From positions 45,942,001-46,006,000 of the forward strand of contig OZ024743.1 in NCBI GenBank assembly GCA_964016885.1: a stretch of DNA of 64,000 nucleotides, read 5' to 3'. Positions 14,312 to 25,976 of this stretch are shown here, one piece after another. Source of the stretch: Eledone cirrhosa (taxonomy: Eukaryota). A model generated the notes under the pieces. It was given only the letters and a program-made list of their open reading frames with translations, was not told where the DNA came from and did no database searches. How positions within the stretch are numbered: position 1 is the first letter of the stretch; every line of letters starts with the position of its first letter. The position numbers were made by a program, and so were the translations under genes.

Positions 14312-15276
14312 GTATTTTCAAAGATTGGTCACATGATCGCGGATTTCTGATAAGGTACCTTGGAAACAACGACGCTCTTCCATCAATGGAACTGCTAAAG
14401 ACTCTGCTTTATTATCCGTTTAAAATGTTGGAACCTGTACACAATGTGAGCCATGCCTATGTTGGTGGAGACATGCGAGATGCCACTGTTTCACCAAGTG
14501 ATCCAGTTTTCTGGTTATTGCACAATTTCTATGACTTAACTTGGGAATACTTCTTGCAAAAACAAATTAGATCAGGTAAAAACATAACTGAATTGTATCC
14601 TTATAATAAAGTCTATCCTCTGACCCGCAGCATCAGTTTACTACCTCTTACAATAAAACAAGCTTTAGATATTAATGTTTTACTGACCAAGTATATATAT
14701 ACATTTTCACCACAACCGACATGTCAACGTCATAAAGATGGCTGCAATTCACCGTATATTACATGTATTAACAAACAATGTGTACCATTGAGCAGAGAAT
14801 GCAACGAAGGTCCTACCACTGACAATTATTGTAGCTACGTAAGGTGTCAGTCAAACTGGAAAGTTGTTGAGATAGCAATTTCTCTATCTCATTCTAATCA
14901 CATACAACGATGTCGAGCAACATGTAACAATGTATTTCCTATTCATTTATACAGCAATGGCTACAGACAAATGACTGTTTATTTTAATTCATCGACAACG
15001 GAAGTAAATGTAAAAGCAGTAGTTAAAATATTTACCTCGTTTGGTGATATTAAAGTCAGGGATGCCTGTTCAAATGAATGTGATGCCTACTGCTTGGTGG
15101 ATGATGCCTACATGCTTTGTAATGAACTACAATTTGTCACAACTTACAATAACAACAACAAAAACGCTAATGAAAACAACAGCAGCAACAGCAAAAATAA
15201 TCGTACAAGTCTTCTATACAGATGTAGTAGTGGTAGTAGCGGTGGTGATGGTGATGGTGGTGAGGATGTAAAATAA
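14312..15276 (+). CDS. Tyrosinase-like gene, terminal exon (CuB plus Cys-rich C-terminus)
   Basis: Within ORF 14272-15276. HNVSHAYVGGDM..SPSDPVFWLLH is the CuB site. tag acceptor at 14309-14311 gives G|GT in phase 1. Stop TAA at 15274-15276. Confidence 0.93.
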
Positions 15277-15419
15277 ATGATCCCAAAATGACATCGAAGT
15301 CTTTCAATTATTATACATTTGTTACCAGAGTTATTCTGGTCATCACTATGTTATTAAACGTGTTCTGCAAATATTTAAGGATGTATATTCTTGTGTATTC
15401 ATTGTGAATTTTTAAATAT

Positions 15420-15425
15420 AATAAA
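15420..15425 (+). promoter_or_regulatory. Candidate polyadenylation signal
   Basis: AATAAA about 145 nt after the tyrosinase stop codon; AT-rich context limits certainty. Confidence 0.45.
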
Positions 15426-15506
15426 ACCACACACACACACACACACACACACATGACACACACACTTACGCACTCAAACGCACCCGCCCGCCAATGTATA
15501 TATGTA

Positions 15507-15552
<46 letters not shown>

Positions 15553-16140
15553 GGGGTGTAAAAGCTAATCAGAACACAATTGGTACAGTATATGGAAAAA
15601 GAAAATAAACAAAAGAAAATCATAACGATAGAGAGAGGGGAACAGGAGACAGTAGTACAGGTAAGTTGCAGTAAACAGTGGGAGAGAGTGAGAAGTTAAA
15701 ATGGAGACCGAGCATAAGTCCTGATTCCGTATTAACAGTACGAGAGAGAACGAAGAGAAAAACGTCTGATCATAGCGAGAACATGCGCAAAGAGGGGAGA
15801 CGAAGGAAAACGGAAGTGAGAGGGGAGAGTGGGGAAGTGGTAAGGGATCAGAGAGAGAGGGGGAGAAAGGAGACAGATGGTAAGAGAGAAAGAGAATAAG
15901 TGAGTGGAAGAGAGAGAGAGGGAATAAGTGAGTGGGAGAGAGAGAAAGGGTGAGAAAGAAAGAGAGAGAAAGGGGAAGGAAAAGAATTAATCCAAAATGG
16001 CAGGACTTAAGTTCAAAACAGAAATTAACAACAAGTGAGATAGGGAAGATAGAACAGAGGTCACAGCAATAAAGTTATATGAATTAAAAGTGACAAAGGC
16101 GCTGTGTGGTTACTAACAAATATTATTTAGAAAACTTAGG

Positions 16141-16320
16141 GCGGTGGATTGGCAGAATTGGTAGAGGTTTGGACATGCTTTCCAGCATAGTTACGTCCCT
16201 TTACGATCTGAGTTCAAATTCCGCCAAGGTTAACTTTGCCTTTCATCCTTACGAGGTCGATAAAATAAAGTACCAGTAATGTACTGGGTAATTGCTGGCC
16301 TTGTGCCAAAAGTAGAAACA
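16141..16320 (+). mobile_element. SINE with 19-bp target-site duplication
   Basis: attatttagaaaacttagg at 16122-16140 and 16321-16339; A and B boxes present. Confidence 0.88.
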
Positions 16321-16624
16321 ATTATTTAGAAAACTTAGGAGAAACACAAACATAAGGACAATTCCCGCTCTTCGGCTGTCTGTTGTGGGTCGCTGATGTT
16401 TCGACGCATTAAAGACAGTACATCTCACCACAGTACGTTAATAACTACGAGGTATAGTTATTAGGGAAGAAAACAACAACAACAAAAACAGAGATGATAG
16501 CGAGGAGAACGACAGAAAAAGAAAATAAACAGAAGAAAAACACCGATAGAGAGGGGGAAACAGTAGTACAGTTGCAGTAACCAATGGGAGAGAGTGAGAA
16601 GTTAGAAAGGAGACCGAAGATATG

Positions 16625-16677
<53 letters not shown>

Positions 16678-16809
16678 TAAACAAGGTTCAATGAATAAAT
16701 CAAAGAATGAGTTTTACAATAGATTGGAAGCACTCAACAGATTGGTTTTCCGGAGTTATTAATATTAATTCAAAATATTAACAAAAATAGACATTCGTGT
16801 GATCAAGTA

Positions 16810-16876
16810 TATTTGATTATACATATTTCAGATGTACTGAGCTAACTTCAACAGTACGTCCTCATCAGATAAAATA
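16810..16876 (-). ncRNA. Hammerhead ribozyme in inverted pLTR
   Basis: Reverse complement reads TATTTTAT-CTGATGA-GGACGTACTG..CAGTACATCT-GAAA-TATGTA-TA^ATCAAATA. Confidence 0.8.
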
Positions 16877-17271
16877 AGATGATGCATGACATACCCTGAA
16901 ATAGTAGATGGTTAAGATTCAGTCATGGTAGTGAATAAGATATGACAAAACTCAATATTTATATACCTTAGGATTGAGACATGAAAAAATGTACATATAA
17001 TATAGAGGGTGCGTGTGAGAAAGCTTAAACATACATAATAGCAATTTACATAACTGTCAGAGATTCAAATAATTTAAATTATTGAAGAAGGAATAAAGAA
17101 GAAAGACAGAGAGAAACAGATGTGGAGAAAATATAGTTACTAGAAGTATAGAAAGCAAAAGAGAATTGATCAAGGATAGAGAGACAAGGAGTAATCATTT
17201 GTATAGTATATAGCATAGGGAGGGAGGTTTGTATTGTCGTGGTTGAATAGGGTGTGATTAGATAATGCAAA

Positions 17272-17680
17272 AAATTTAATTGTAGAAATAGACCAAATTG
17301 CCCTCTGCAAAATAATTGTCTGGATAGCAATCTGGTCTATAAATGCACTGTAAAAGCAAATAACATCACATAGAACTATATTGGTGCAACTTCATCGACA
17401 TTTAAATCAAGATTTTCGAATCACAAATGCTCTTTTTCGAATCCTAATAGGAAATCTTCGACTTCTTTATCACAACTTATATGGTTGTTAAAAGACAAAA
17501 ATTTTAAATACTCGATTTCTTGGTCGAAGATGTGTAATAGTCGAATCTACTTAAATTCTTCAATATCACCTAACTGCAATCTCTGTACCATGGAGACCTT
17601 ATTAATAATTACTAATTATGAAAATTTAATTAACAAAAAAGTGAATTATTCTCAAATTGCCTTCATAAAGCTTCCTCTAC
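17272..17680 (+). pseudogene. Penelope GIY-YIG endonuclease remnant
   Basis: CRNRPNCPLQNNCLDSNLVYKCTV..*NYIGATSSTFKSRFSNHKCSF..LSQLIWLLK..ISW..CNLC..E..LINKK. In-frame TAG at 17371 and a later frameshift. Confidence 0.88.
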
Positions 17681-18080
17681 ATTTCAAGCCTCGCAAAAAG
17701 TCAGGAAAAAAACACTAAATAAATAGGTTCTAATTTTTGACGTCTATTATCAACTGAGTGCGTAAAACGTTATAACAGATTATAAAACCTTATAATAAAT
17801 TTAATTTTTTATTCTTTTACGATAAGATTAATGTTAGATTAATGGGTTCTGTATAGGTATATAAACATATAGATTGTTAACATGATCTCTTGATGAATAT
17901 GCATATCATTTGATTGTGTAGATACATTTAATTTGATTGGGATTCTTGTATATTTTTTTTAATATATTGCTTATATGGTTAACAGTTCTAATGAACCGTA
18001 TATCATTCATGCATTTATGTATTTGTGTATTTATTCTTTTGGAGTATGTTAGTATTATGATTCAGGATGTTTGATTTATA

Positions 18081-18136
<56 letters not shown>

Positions 18137-18407
18137 TATAAATCAAACATTCTCCTTTTTTCAATTAAAAAGAAATTCAAACACTCATATATGAAAAAAC
18201 AACCTGTGACAACCCCCCCCCCCCCCCCTCTTATTTGAAGAACTATTGTAACGCGAACTGGCGCGAAATTTATTATAATTATTGACAAACCAATCAAATT
18301 ACTTCTCGAAAAACCTGGCATTTCGAGCCACTTTTTCCATATAAAACAAGTAACATTCAGAGACCAACCAGATGTGAGAAAAACCACAGACCCTCCATCT
18401 CAACTCA

Positions 18408-18445
18408 CCTTTTGAAAAGCAGAAGAACTGCGAAACCGGTAAAGG
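18408..18445 (+). ncRNA. Minimal hammerhead with compensatory U3-A8 core
   Basis: CCTT-TTGAAAA-GCAG-AAGAA-CTGC-GAAA-CCGG-TA^AAGG, with palindromic stem III ACCGGT. Confidence 0.78.
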
Positions 18446-18575
18446 AACCAAATAAATATATATATTTTTTAAAAAAATAAGACTCCAGTTGCATTTTCGA
18501 TTTCATCTCTTTTTCTTTATACTTTCACTCGTGTAGGACACCTCGGTTATTTTTCATTTTGTAAAAAAACCTCAC

Positions 18576-18649
<74 letters not shown>

Positions 18650-20388
18650 ATATGTATATGTATATGTTTATGTATATGTATATGTATGGTATATGCGTCG
18701 CACACGATCCTAGTCGACAAACTTTATCCACTTAACTTGATGTAAAACTTCAATTATAACTTTACTAACAATGATTGTATTTATTATTTATTATTATATA
18801 TATATGGATCACTAATATCGTCTTGACTTCCGAACAGAATACTCTATGTATATTTGGACAAATGTGTATATCTAGTATAATAACATGCTTCTAGCTACAT
18901 TTATAAGTACTTTAGATACTTAAGGACATTCTAGTGTTATAATTGTTAAATATTTTCTAAATTATATAACGATTATTATTTTTTAATTTAATTAAATTCA
19001 GATTACCTTCGTGTCAATGAAAATCTTAAGTTTTCTCTTTCTCATGTTTGCAGACACTTTAAATATGATATTATACTACAATATAGATCCTTAAATATTT
19101 TCTTATTATTTTAAATTATATAGATTAGATATTTGGCACTTTTATGATCGCAAACAATTTACTTTTTTACGTTGAATCTGGTTCTTATCCTTATGATTCA
19201 TGAAGTTTTATTTGTACATTTATAGTATATATGTATTACATGATCCTAATATAATAACCTTAATTTTTAACAATATTAGCAGTAACTTATTTATTATATT
19301 ATATTATGTTATGTATAACTGACTAATATCGTCTTGAACTTTGGACAATATGCTCTTTGTATATATTTAGACAAATGCATATATCTAATTTAATAATACC
19401 CTTTCTTAAGTTTAATTATAAGGCCTTTAGATACTTTAAGGAATTCTAATTGTTAATCTTAAATTTTTAAAGTTATAACTGTAATTTTTTCTAAATTATA
19501 TAATGTGAATTATTTCAATATAAAGAAGTGTTTGTAATATAATATAAGATAAGATAATTTAATATGGATTACCTTCGTGAGGATGAAAATATTAAGTCTT
19601 CCTTCTCGTGTTTGCAAATGCTTTAAATATGATTTTATAAATTAAATATGATCGTATACTTTAATATTAATATAGACATTTATAAACTTTTATAGCCTGA
19701 AATATTATACATTTTGATTAATTCATTATTCTGAACTAGCATAAATGTTTTGAAATTTAACGGTCAGCCGGATACGTTTGGATATATATATAGTGTATAT
19801 AATTAATTGTTAGTATATTTCTAATTAACTAAGGACTCGAAATTAAACCCTCATATAATTACACCCAGATATATTTAATATTTAGATTGATGGATACTTC
19901 TAGATAATTCAATAATTCAAAGATTCGTGTTTACTCTTTCACAAAGCTATGCCTAAATGTATATTCATGTGTTTGTATAGATATATATAATTTGTTGCAT
20001 TATCTAATCACACCCTATTGAACCACGACAATACAAACCTCCCTCCCTATGCTATATACTATAACAATTATTACTCCTTGTCTCTCTATCCTTGATCAAT
20101 TCTCTTTTGCTTTCTATACTTCTAGTAACTATATTTTCTTCACATCTGTTTCTCTCTGTCTTTCTTCTTTCTTCCTTCTTCAATAATTTAAATTATTTGA
20201 ATCTCTGACAGTTATGTAAATTGCTATTATGTATTTTTAAGCTTTCTCACACACACCCTCTGTATTATATATACATTTTTTCATGTCCCAATCTTAAGGT
20301 ATATAAATATTGAGTTTTGTCATATCTTATTCACTACCATGACTGAATCTTAACCATCTGCTATGTCAGGGTATGTCATGCATCATCT

Positions 20389-20455
20389 TATTTTATCTGA
20401 TGAGGACGTACTGTTGAAGTTAGCTCAGTACCTCTGAAATATGTATAATAAAATA
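20389..20455 (+). ncRNA. Hammerhead ribozyme in pLTR, intact
   Basis: TATTTTAT-CTGATGA-GGACGTACTG..CAGTACCTCT-GAAA-TATGTA-TA^ATAAAATA, with a perfect 8-bp stem I. Confidence 0.88.
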
Positions 20456-20514
20456 TACTCGATCACACGAATGTCTATTTTTGTTAATATTTTGAATTAA
20501 TATATATATATATA

Positions 20515-20692
20515 TAATATAGAAAAGGCTTCTACAAGACTAGAACTGTTTCATTCGGGGGAAATCAAGCCCTCATGATTTCTCCTGAATGAAACAGTTC
20601 TAGTCCTGTAGAAGCCTTTTCTATATTTATACTCTGCTTGTATTGAGTACCTTACTTACTGTGGTTACCCCCGATTGAACCCGGGATAAACT
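20515..20692. mobile_element. Fold-back pLTR remnant with truncated hammerhead
   Basis: ~50-bp inverted arms containing GAAACAGTTCTAGTCCTGTAGAAGCC, then the tail and (TA)n. Confidence 0.75.
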
Positions 20693-20698
20693 TATATA

Positions 20699-20734
<36 letters not shown>

Positions 20735-20899
20735 AATGTTAATATACACTTCACACAATAGAGATATACACATACATACACACATTGAAAATATAAGTTG
20801 TATTCAGTTGATGAGACAGACATATGAAAAGTAAATGTGCTACTGTCTTTCTTTATCAATGCGCATGCGTTACCGGAAGGTTCGAATGGGAAATATTAA

Positions 20900-21228
<329 letters not shown>

Positions 21229-21659
21229 AACAACTCGTTTAACTGAACTGCACGAAATCAGTTCTTCGGGGACTTGCTCGGTTTAGAAATTAAAATATAA
21301 CCATTTAAACTGTAGACAGGTGAAATGATTAATTACAGGTGAAAGTATTGATCAGAGAGGATAGATCTGGCAGGATGTTCAACAAAACGTTTTATGTTTT
21401 TAGGAGAGCCGTAGAATTTATGGAGGAGTTTATATTAAATGGACACTGTAAGCGAATTGATGTAAAAAAAAAAAAAAAGGAACGCATGAGAAAAGTTCTC
21501 AGCGATAAAGGAAGGTGATTGAAGTTTATTAATCCGTGAGCGTTGCCTCTTTATAACATTAGTTTATGTACAAGACAGTATTGTCCATTTGAAACGGTAA
21601 AACAAATTGAAATTTGAATTAACAAATTTACTTTATGAAGCAAAGGCTACTTTTAATAA

Positions 21660-21834
21660 TTGTTTCTACTTTTGGCACAAGACCAGCAATAACCCAGTAC
21701 ATTACTGGAACTTTATTTTATTAAGGATGTAAGGCAAAGTTAACCTCGGCTGGATTTGAACACAGACCGTAAAGGGACGTAACTATGCTAGAAAGCATGG
21801 CGTCCAACCCTCTAACGATACTGCCAATTCACCG
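21660..21834 (-). mobile_element. SINE with target-site duplication
   Basis: Reverse homologue of the family; gctacttttaataat on both flanks. Confidence 0.8.
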
Positions 21835-23279
21835 CTACTTTTAATAATCGCTGCTGAACATTGATTTAGTTACATACACATATAATAATTGTATTAAATA
21901 AACATATGATGTTTATAGAAGTTACAAGAAAAGGTAGTGACGACACATGTCCTAGTGGTTAGTGAGATGTTCTCTCGGTCATAAGATTGTGGGTTTGGTT
22001 CTCTGACCGAGTAAAGCGTTATGTGCTTCAGCAAGATACTTCATCTCGCATTTTTCCAGGTCACGCAACTGATAATGGACAGCAATGGCAGCTGGAGTTA
22101 TCCCTGCAATGAACTGTATTCTTAGTTTTGTACTTTCAGCCACTTAGCGCCCATGAAAACTAGACAAGCTCGGGGCTTTTGCCAACCCGTGCAAGCATGG
22201 AAAATGGATGTAAGATGATAACTGTAACTGATATCAACTAAAGGTAATTTAGCTATGTTTAGTGTGCTTCATAGCGATGAGGGAGTACAGTACTGTTCAT
22301 CATTAAAAACATAAATACATATTTTAGTTAAATATTATTTCAAAAGGTTTTTTAATATGCTAAGAGACACAACTCAGCAAGTATTAAATTAATAAATATA
22401 TTGTAATTCTGTAGTAATGTCACAATTTCAATTTCTACGTTCGATTACTCAACTATGACTTTCTACTATCTCCCGACAAAATCTGGTATAAACATATATA
22501 TTTGTTTGATTTGAAGATTTTCTGTGATACCACAATTCACCCAACAACGACAGTTCACTTTCTATAAGTGTAGAGCTCAGATTAAATGCTATTTTTGTTT
22601 TAGACGTCAGAAGATAAGAGATTATAGTTAAGTAGTGGAAAAAATCCTATGATATCCATATGAAGCTTTATAGAAAGCTGGTGAAGTAAGTGTATAGCAT
22701 TTGAAAAGTTAGTATCGAACACTAACATATAATAAAGTAATGGCGTTTTATATATTTTGATATAGTTGTATATCAAGCTTATTGTTAAGCAGTTGAAGAT
22801 AATTTATAACCAGGACGCAACCCACGCATCTTTTTTGAAGTTATATATTTTGACAAAACCCTTGAAGGAACTACAAAATACATCAGTTCAACGTGTTTTC
22901 AACTTCCCATTCTTTGCCCATAATAGTTGGATTGTTGGCTTATAAATCGACAAGACGCCAAGTTATCCTGATGATGGTGGTTGCTAGAAACTCAGTGAGA
23001 GAAAAACAAACATGTAAAGAGGGTGTATGAACGCAACATGGTGTCAACGACTCACTAAAAATAAAGTGTAGAAACATAGAAAAACTGAAGCAGTAGGGAA
23101 GATTACAAAAGGTATCTAAAAATAAAGAGTAAGATGTCGCCTGGGAGTTCGTTAGTTTTAAAGGACACTGACATAACTGAAAGTATAGTCACATCTGAAT
23201 TAGTGTGGATAACTAACGTAGATTTACACACATACACACATACACACATACACACACTCACTCACACACTCGCACACAC

Positions 23280-23367
<88 letters not shown>

Positions 23368-23368
<1 letters not shown>

Positions 23369-23573
23369 ACTGGAAGGTATTATCCGTAGTGGTAGAGCAC
23401 TCAGTCCATGGGACGAGTTTGGTAGAAGTAGAAACACAACGGTTAGTTCACCATACCGAGAACAATTGTTTCACCTTATGCGAATCTTTCAGCTCGGACA
23501 GTACGAGCTGAAGATCCGCATGAGGTAAAACAATTGTTCTCGGTATGGTGAACTAACTGTTGTGTTTCTACTT
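23368..23573. mobile_element. Fold-back element (arms 23426-23496 / 23504-23573) with hammerhead
   Basis: Consensus of the two arms is CGAG-CTGAAGA-TCCGCATGAGGT-GAAA-CAATTG-TT^CTCG. Each arm has a different core lesion. Confidence 0.72.
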
Positions 23574-23577
23574 ATAT

Positions 23578-23732
23578 ATTCGGGAGAAATCATCAGGCTT
23601 CCTGATGATTTCTCCCGAATGAAACAGTTCTAGTCGTGTGGAAGCCTTTTCTATATTAAATATTTATACTCTGCTTTGTATTGAGTACCTTACTTACTGT
23701 GGTGTTATCTCCGATTGAACCCGGGATAAACT
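23578..23732 (+). mobile_element. Fold-back pLTR remnant with hammerhead at 23595-23647
   Basis: AGGCTTC-CTGATGA-TTTCTCCCGAAT-GAAA-CAG..GAAGCCT. Cleavage region mutated (gtgtg for ctgta). Confidence 0.72.
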
Positions 23733-23756
23733 TATATATATATATATATATATATG

Positions 23757-24454
23757 GGTAAATATCTTTAAGTCGTGTGGAAGCCTCGACAATGCAAATG
23801 GGTAAATCTCCGGGTAACAAGATCCGGTGGTGGAGAGAGAGATGTAAGTAGGTGTACGTTGAGATGCGTGGTGTGTATAAGACGTGTAGAAGAATGAAGG
23901 AAAGAGTATAAAGGATAAAATAAAAATAAGAACACGAGAGAGAGTTACCTTGGGAGAGATTTAATTGTCCCTATATATTTCGGATTCACATCCATCAACT
24001 GGGGTTTTTTCCGGGGTGGGGAAAGGTTGTCTGTCGGAAAGGTGCGAAACGCGTCCTCCGCTGTTTGTTGTTTTGAATATCAAAAACAACATATTCAAAA
24101 CAACAAACAGCGGAGGACGCGTTTCGCACCTTTCCGACAGACAATCTTTCCCCCACCCCGGAAAAAAACCCCAGTTGATGGATGTGAATCCGAAATATAT
24201 AGGGACAATTAAATCTCTCCCAAGGTAACTCTCTCTCGTGTTCTTATTTTTATTTTATCCTTTATACTCTTTCCTTCATTCTTCTACACGTGTTATACAC
24301 ACCACGCATCTCAACGTACACCCACTTACATCTCTCTCTCCACCACCGGATCTTGTTACCCGGAGATTTACCCATTTGCATTGTCGAGGCTTCCAAACGA
24401 CTTAAAGATATTTACCTATTATTCCACAATGCTTCAAGCAAACTTCAATACTCT

Positions 24455-24457
<3 letters not shown>
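23757..24457. mobile_element. Large palindromic element (arms ~23757-24080 / 24091-24416, 10-nt loop) plus tail, in (TA)n
   Basis: Near-perfect inverted repeat. Degenerate hammerhead at 24169-24204: CCC-CAGTTGA-T-GGAT-GTGA-ATCC-GAAA-TATATA-GGG. Confidence 0.82.
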
Positions 24458-24521
<64 letters not shown>

Positions 24522-24743
24522 TGTACGTCTGTATACATATATGTATGTACGTATACATACTTATATTTAAGTAACAGCCGTACTAAGAGTGAGAAATGAA
24601 AATTCGTTTCATTTTTTCCGTTTATCGTTTTCGGTGCGCCCGGCCGATTAACTCACTCGATATGCAAATTAGGCTGCTCAGCCGTTAATATGCATAAGGA
24701 AAGTATATACTTTCAGACGTTCAATCATCTGGCAGGAAGGTAT

Positions 24744-24786
24744 ACGTTGCTGACGATAGCTAATAAGCTTGAAACTAGTACAGCGT
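24744..24786 (+). ncRNA. Minimal hammerhead ribozyme, intact
   Basis: ACGTTG-CTGACGA-T-AGCT-AATA-AGCT-T-GAAA-CTAG-TA^CAGCGT, with palindromic stem III ACTAGT. Confidence 0.82.
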
Positions 24787-25042
24787 TCCTTTGTCAGTGT
24801 TGAACAAAAGAGCAACGATGGTTGCTAGACACTGTACGGCTTAATTCGGGATGTTTGTTTACAAACACACCGAGCATTATAATAAATGTTCGGTGAATCC
24901 ATACGTACATATATATATGTGTGCATGTATGTACGTATTGATTGACTAACGGTTAAAAATACAGATATGAATATATATATATATAGTCTATTAAAGTTCT
25001 TTCGTCACAAATCTGTGACATCTATATATATATATATATATA

Positions 25043-25878
25043 TATCAGTTTAAACAGAAAGTTCTCACCGTTTTTTCAAGTCAAAATAATCGCCATAATT
25101 TGCGATTACCGTCTGCCATCGGTTAGGAAGTCACGTGCTTCCATCCCTGGAGAATTCTTCTGGCATTGGTGCTAAGAATTCCATCAGATTTAACTAGTCT
25201 TCATTGGCGAAAGTCTTTGACTTAATTGCATTGCTCATTGAGAGAAAAAGGTAATAGTGTGTAGGCGCGAGGTCGGGTAAATACGATGGGTGGGGCAGAA
25301 CCTTCCAACCTAACTCCAATAGCTTCTCACGGGTCGACCTTGGTGTAAGCGGCCGAGCGTTATCATGAAAGGATGGAACATGACCATTGTGTGGGCGATT
25401 TTAGCCGCTAATCTGTTAAGTTGTAGGCAATGGGCGACAGAGATTATGCTGCTGTTCGGTAGGAGCAGCTCATAGTGGATGATACACTGCCATCCCACTA
25501 TACGCTCAGTAGGGTCTTGTGAGGGTGGAAACCAGCCTTTGATTGCCGTTGTGACGCACTCACATTATCAACCCACGTTCGCTTGCGCTTGACATCAATT
25601 TAGAGACATTATTTTTCATCACCAGTGACAATTGAAAGTAACGAATTGGTTGTGCGATGGTAGGAGAGCAGAGAAATCGCAGCTGCCGTCCGACATTCAC
25701 GATTAGGGTCAGTCAGATTGTGGAGCACCCATTGGTCCAGCTTGGACACCTTCCCTATTGCATGCAAGTGATTGAGGATCTTTATTTTTGATGTTCCAAG
25801 AACTTCAGAGAGGTGACGTGATGTCTGGCGTGGGTCGACTTCGATTAGCTCACGTTGTTGCTCATCATTGAAGTCGGA

Positions 25879-25881
<3 letters not shown>
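25043..25881 (-). mobile_element. Decayed mariner (DD34D) transposon, 3' part
   Basis: Translations include WVLHNL (WVPHxL), IVTGDEK, HDNARP and HPSYLPDLAP (YSPDLAP). TIR-like end next to a TA tract; the 5' part is interrupted by (CA)n. Confidence 0.85.

Positions 25882-25976
<95 letters not shown>

Larger units (their letters stand above)
16677..20503 (+). mobile_element. 5'-truncated Penelope-like element with inverted pLTRs (16762-17270 / 19995-20503)
   Basis: ~510-bp inverted arms, each with a hammerhead. A GIY-YIG remnant starts right after the left arm. Flanked by microsatellites, with a nested insertion at 18130-18582. Confidence 0.85.

Noticed and set aside
15590-16620. Degenerate purine-rich repeat pair (~15620-15710 / ~16540-16618)
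   Set aside because: Short low-complexity duplication with no functional signal.
22962-23000. CTGATGA-TGGTGGTTGCTA-GAAAC hammerhead-like motif
   Set aside because: No valid NUH triplet or stem I; at best a decayed relic.
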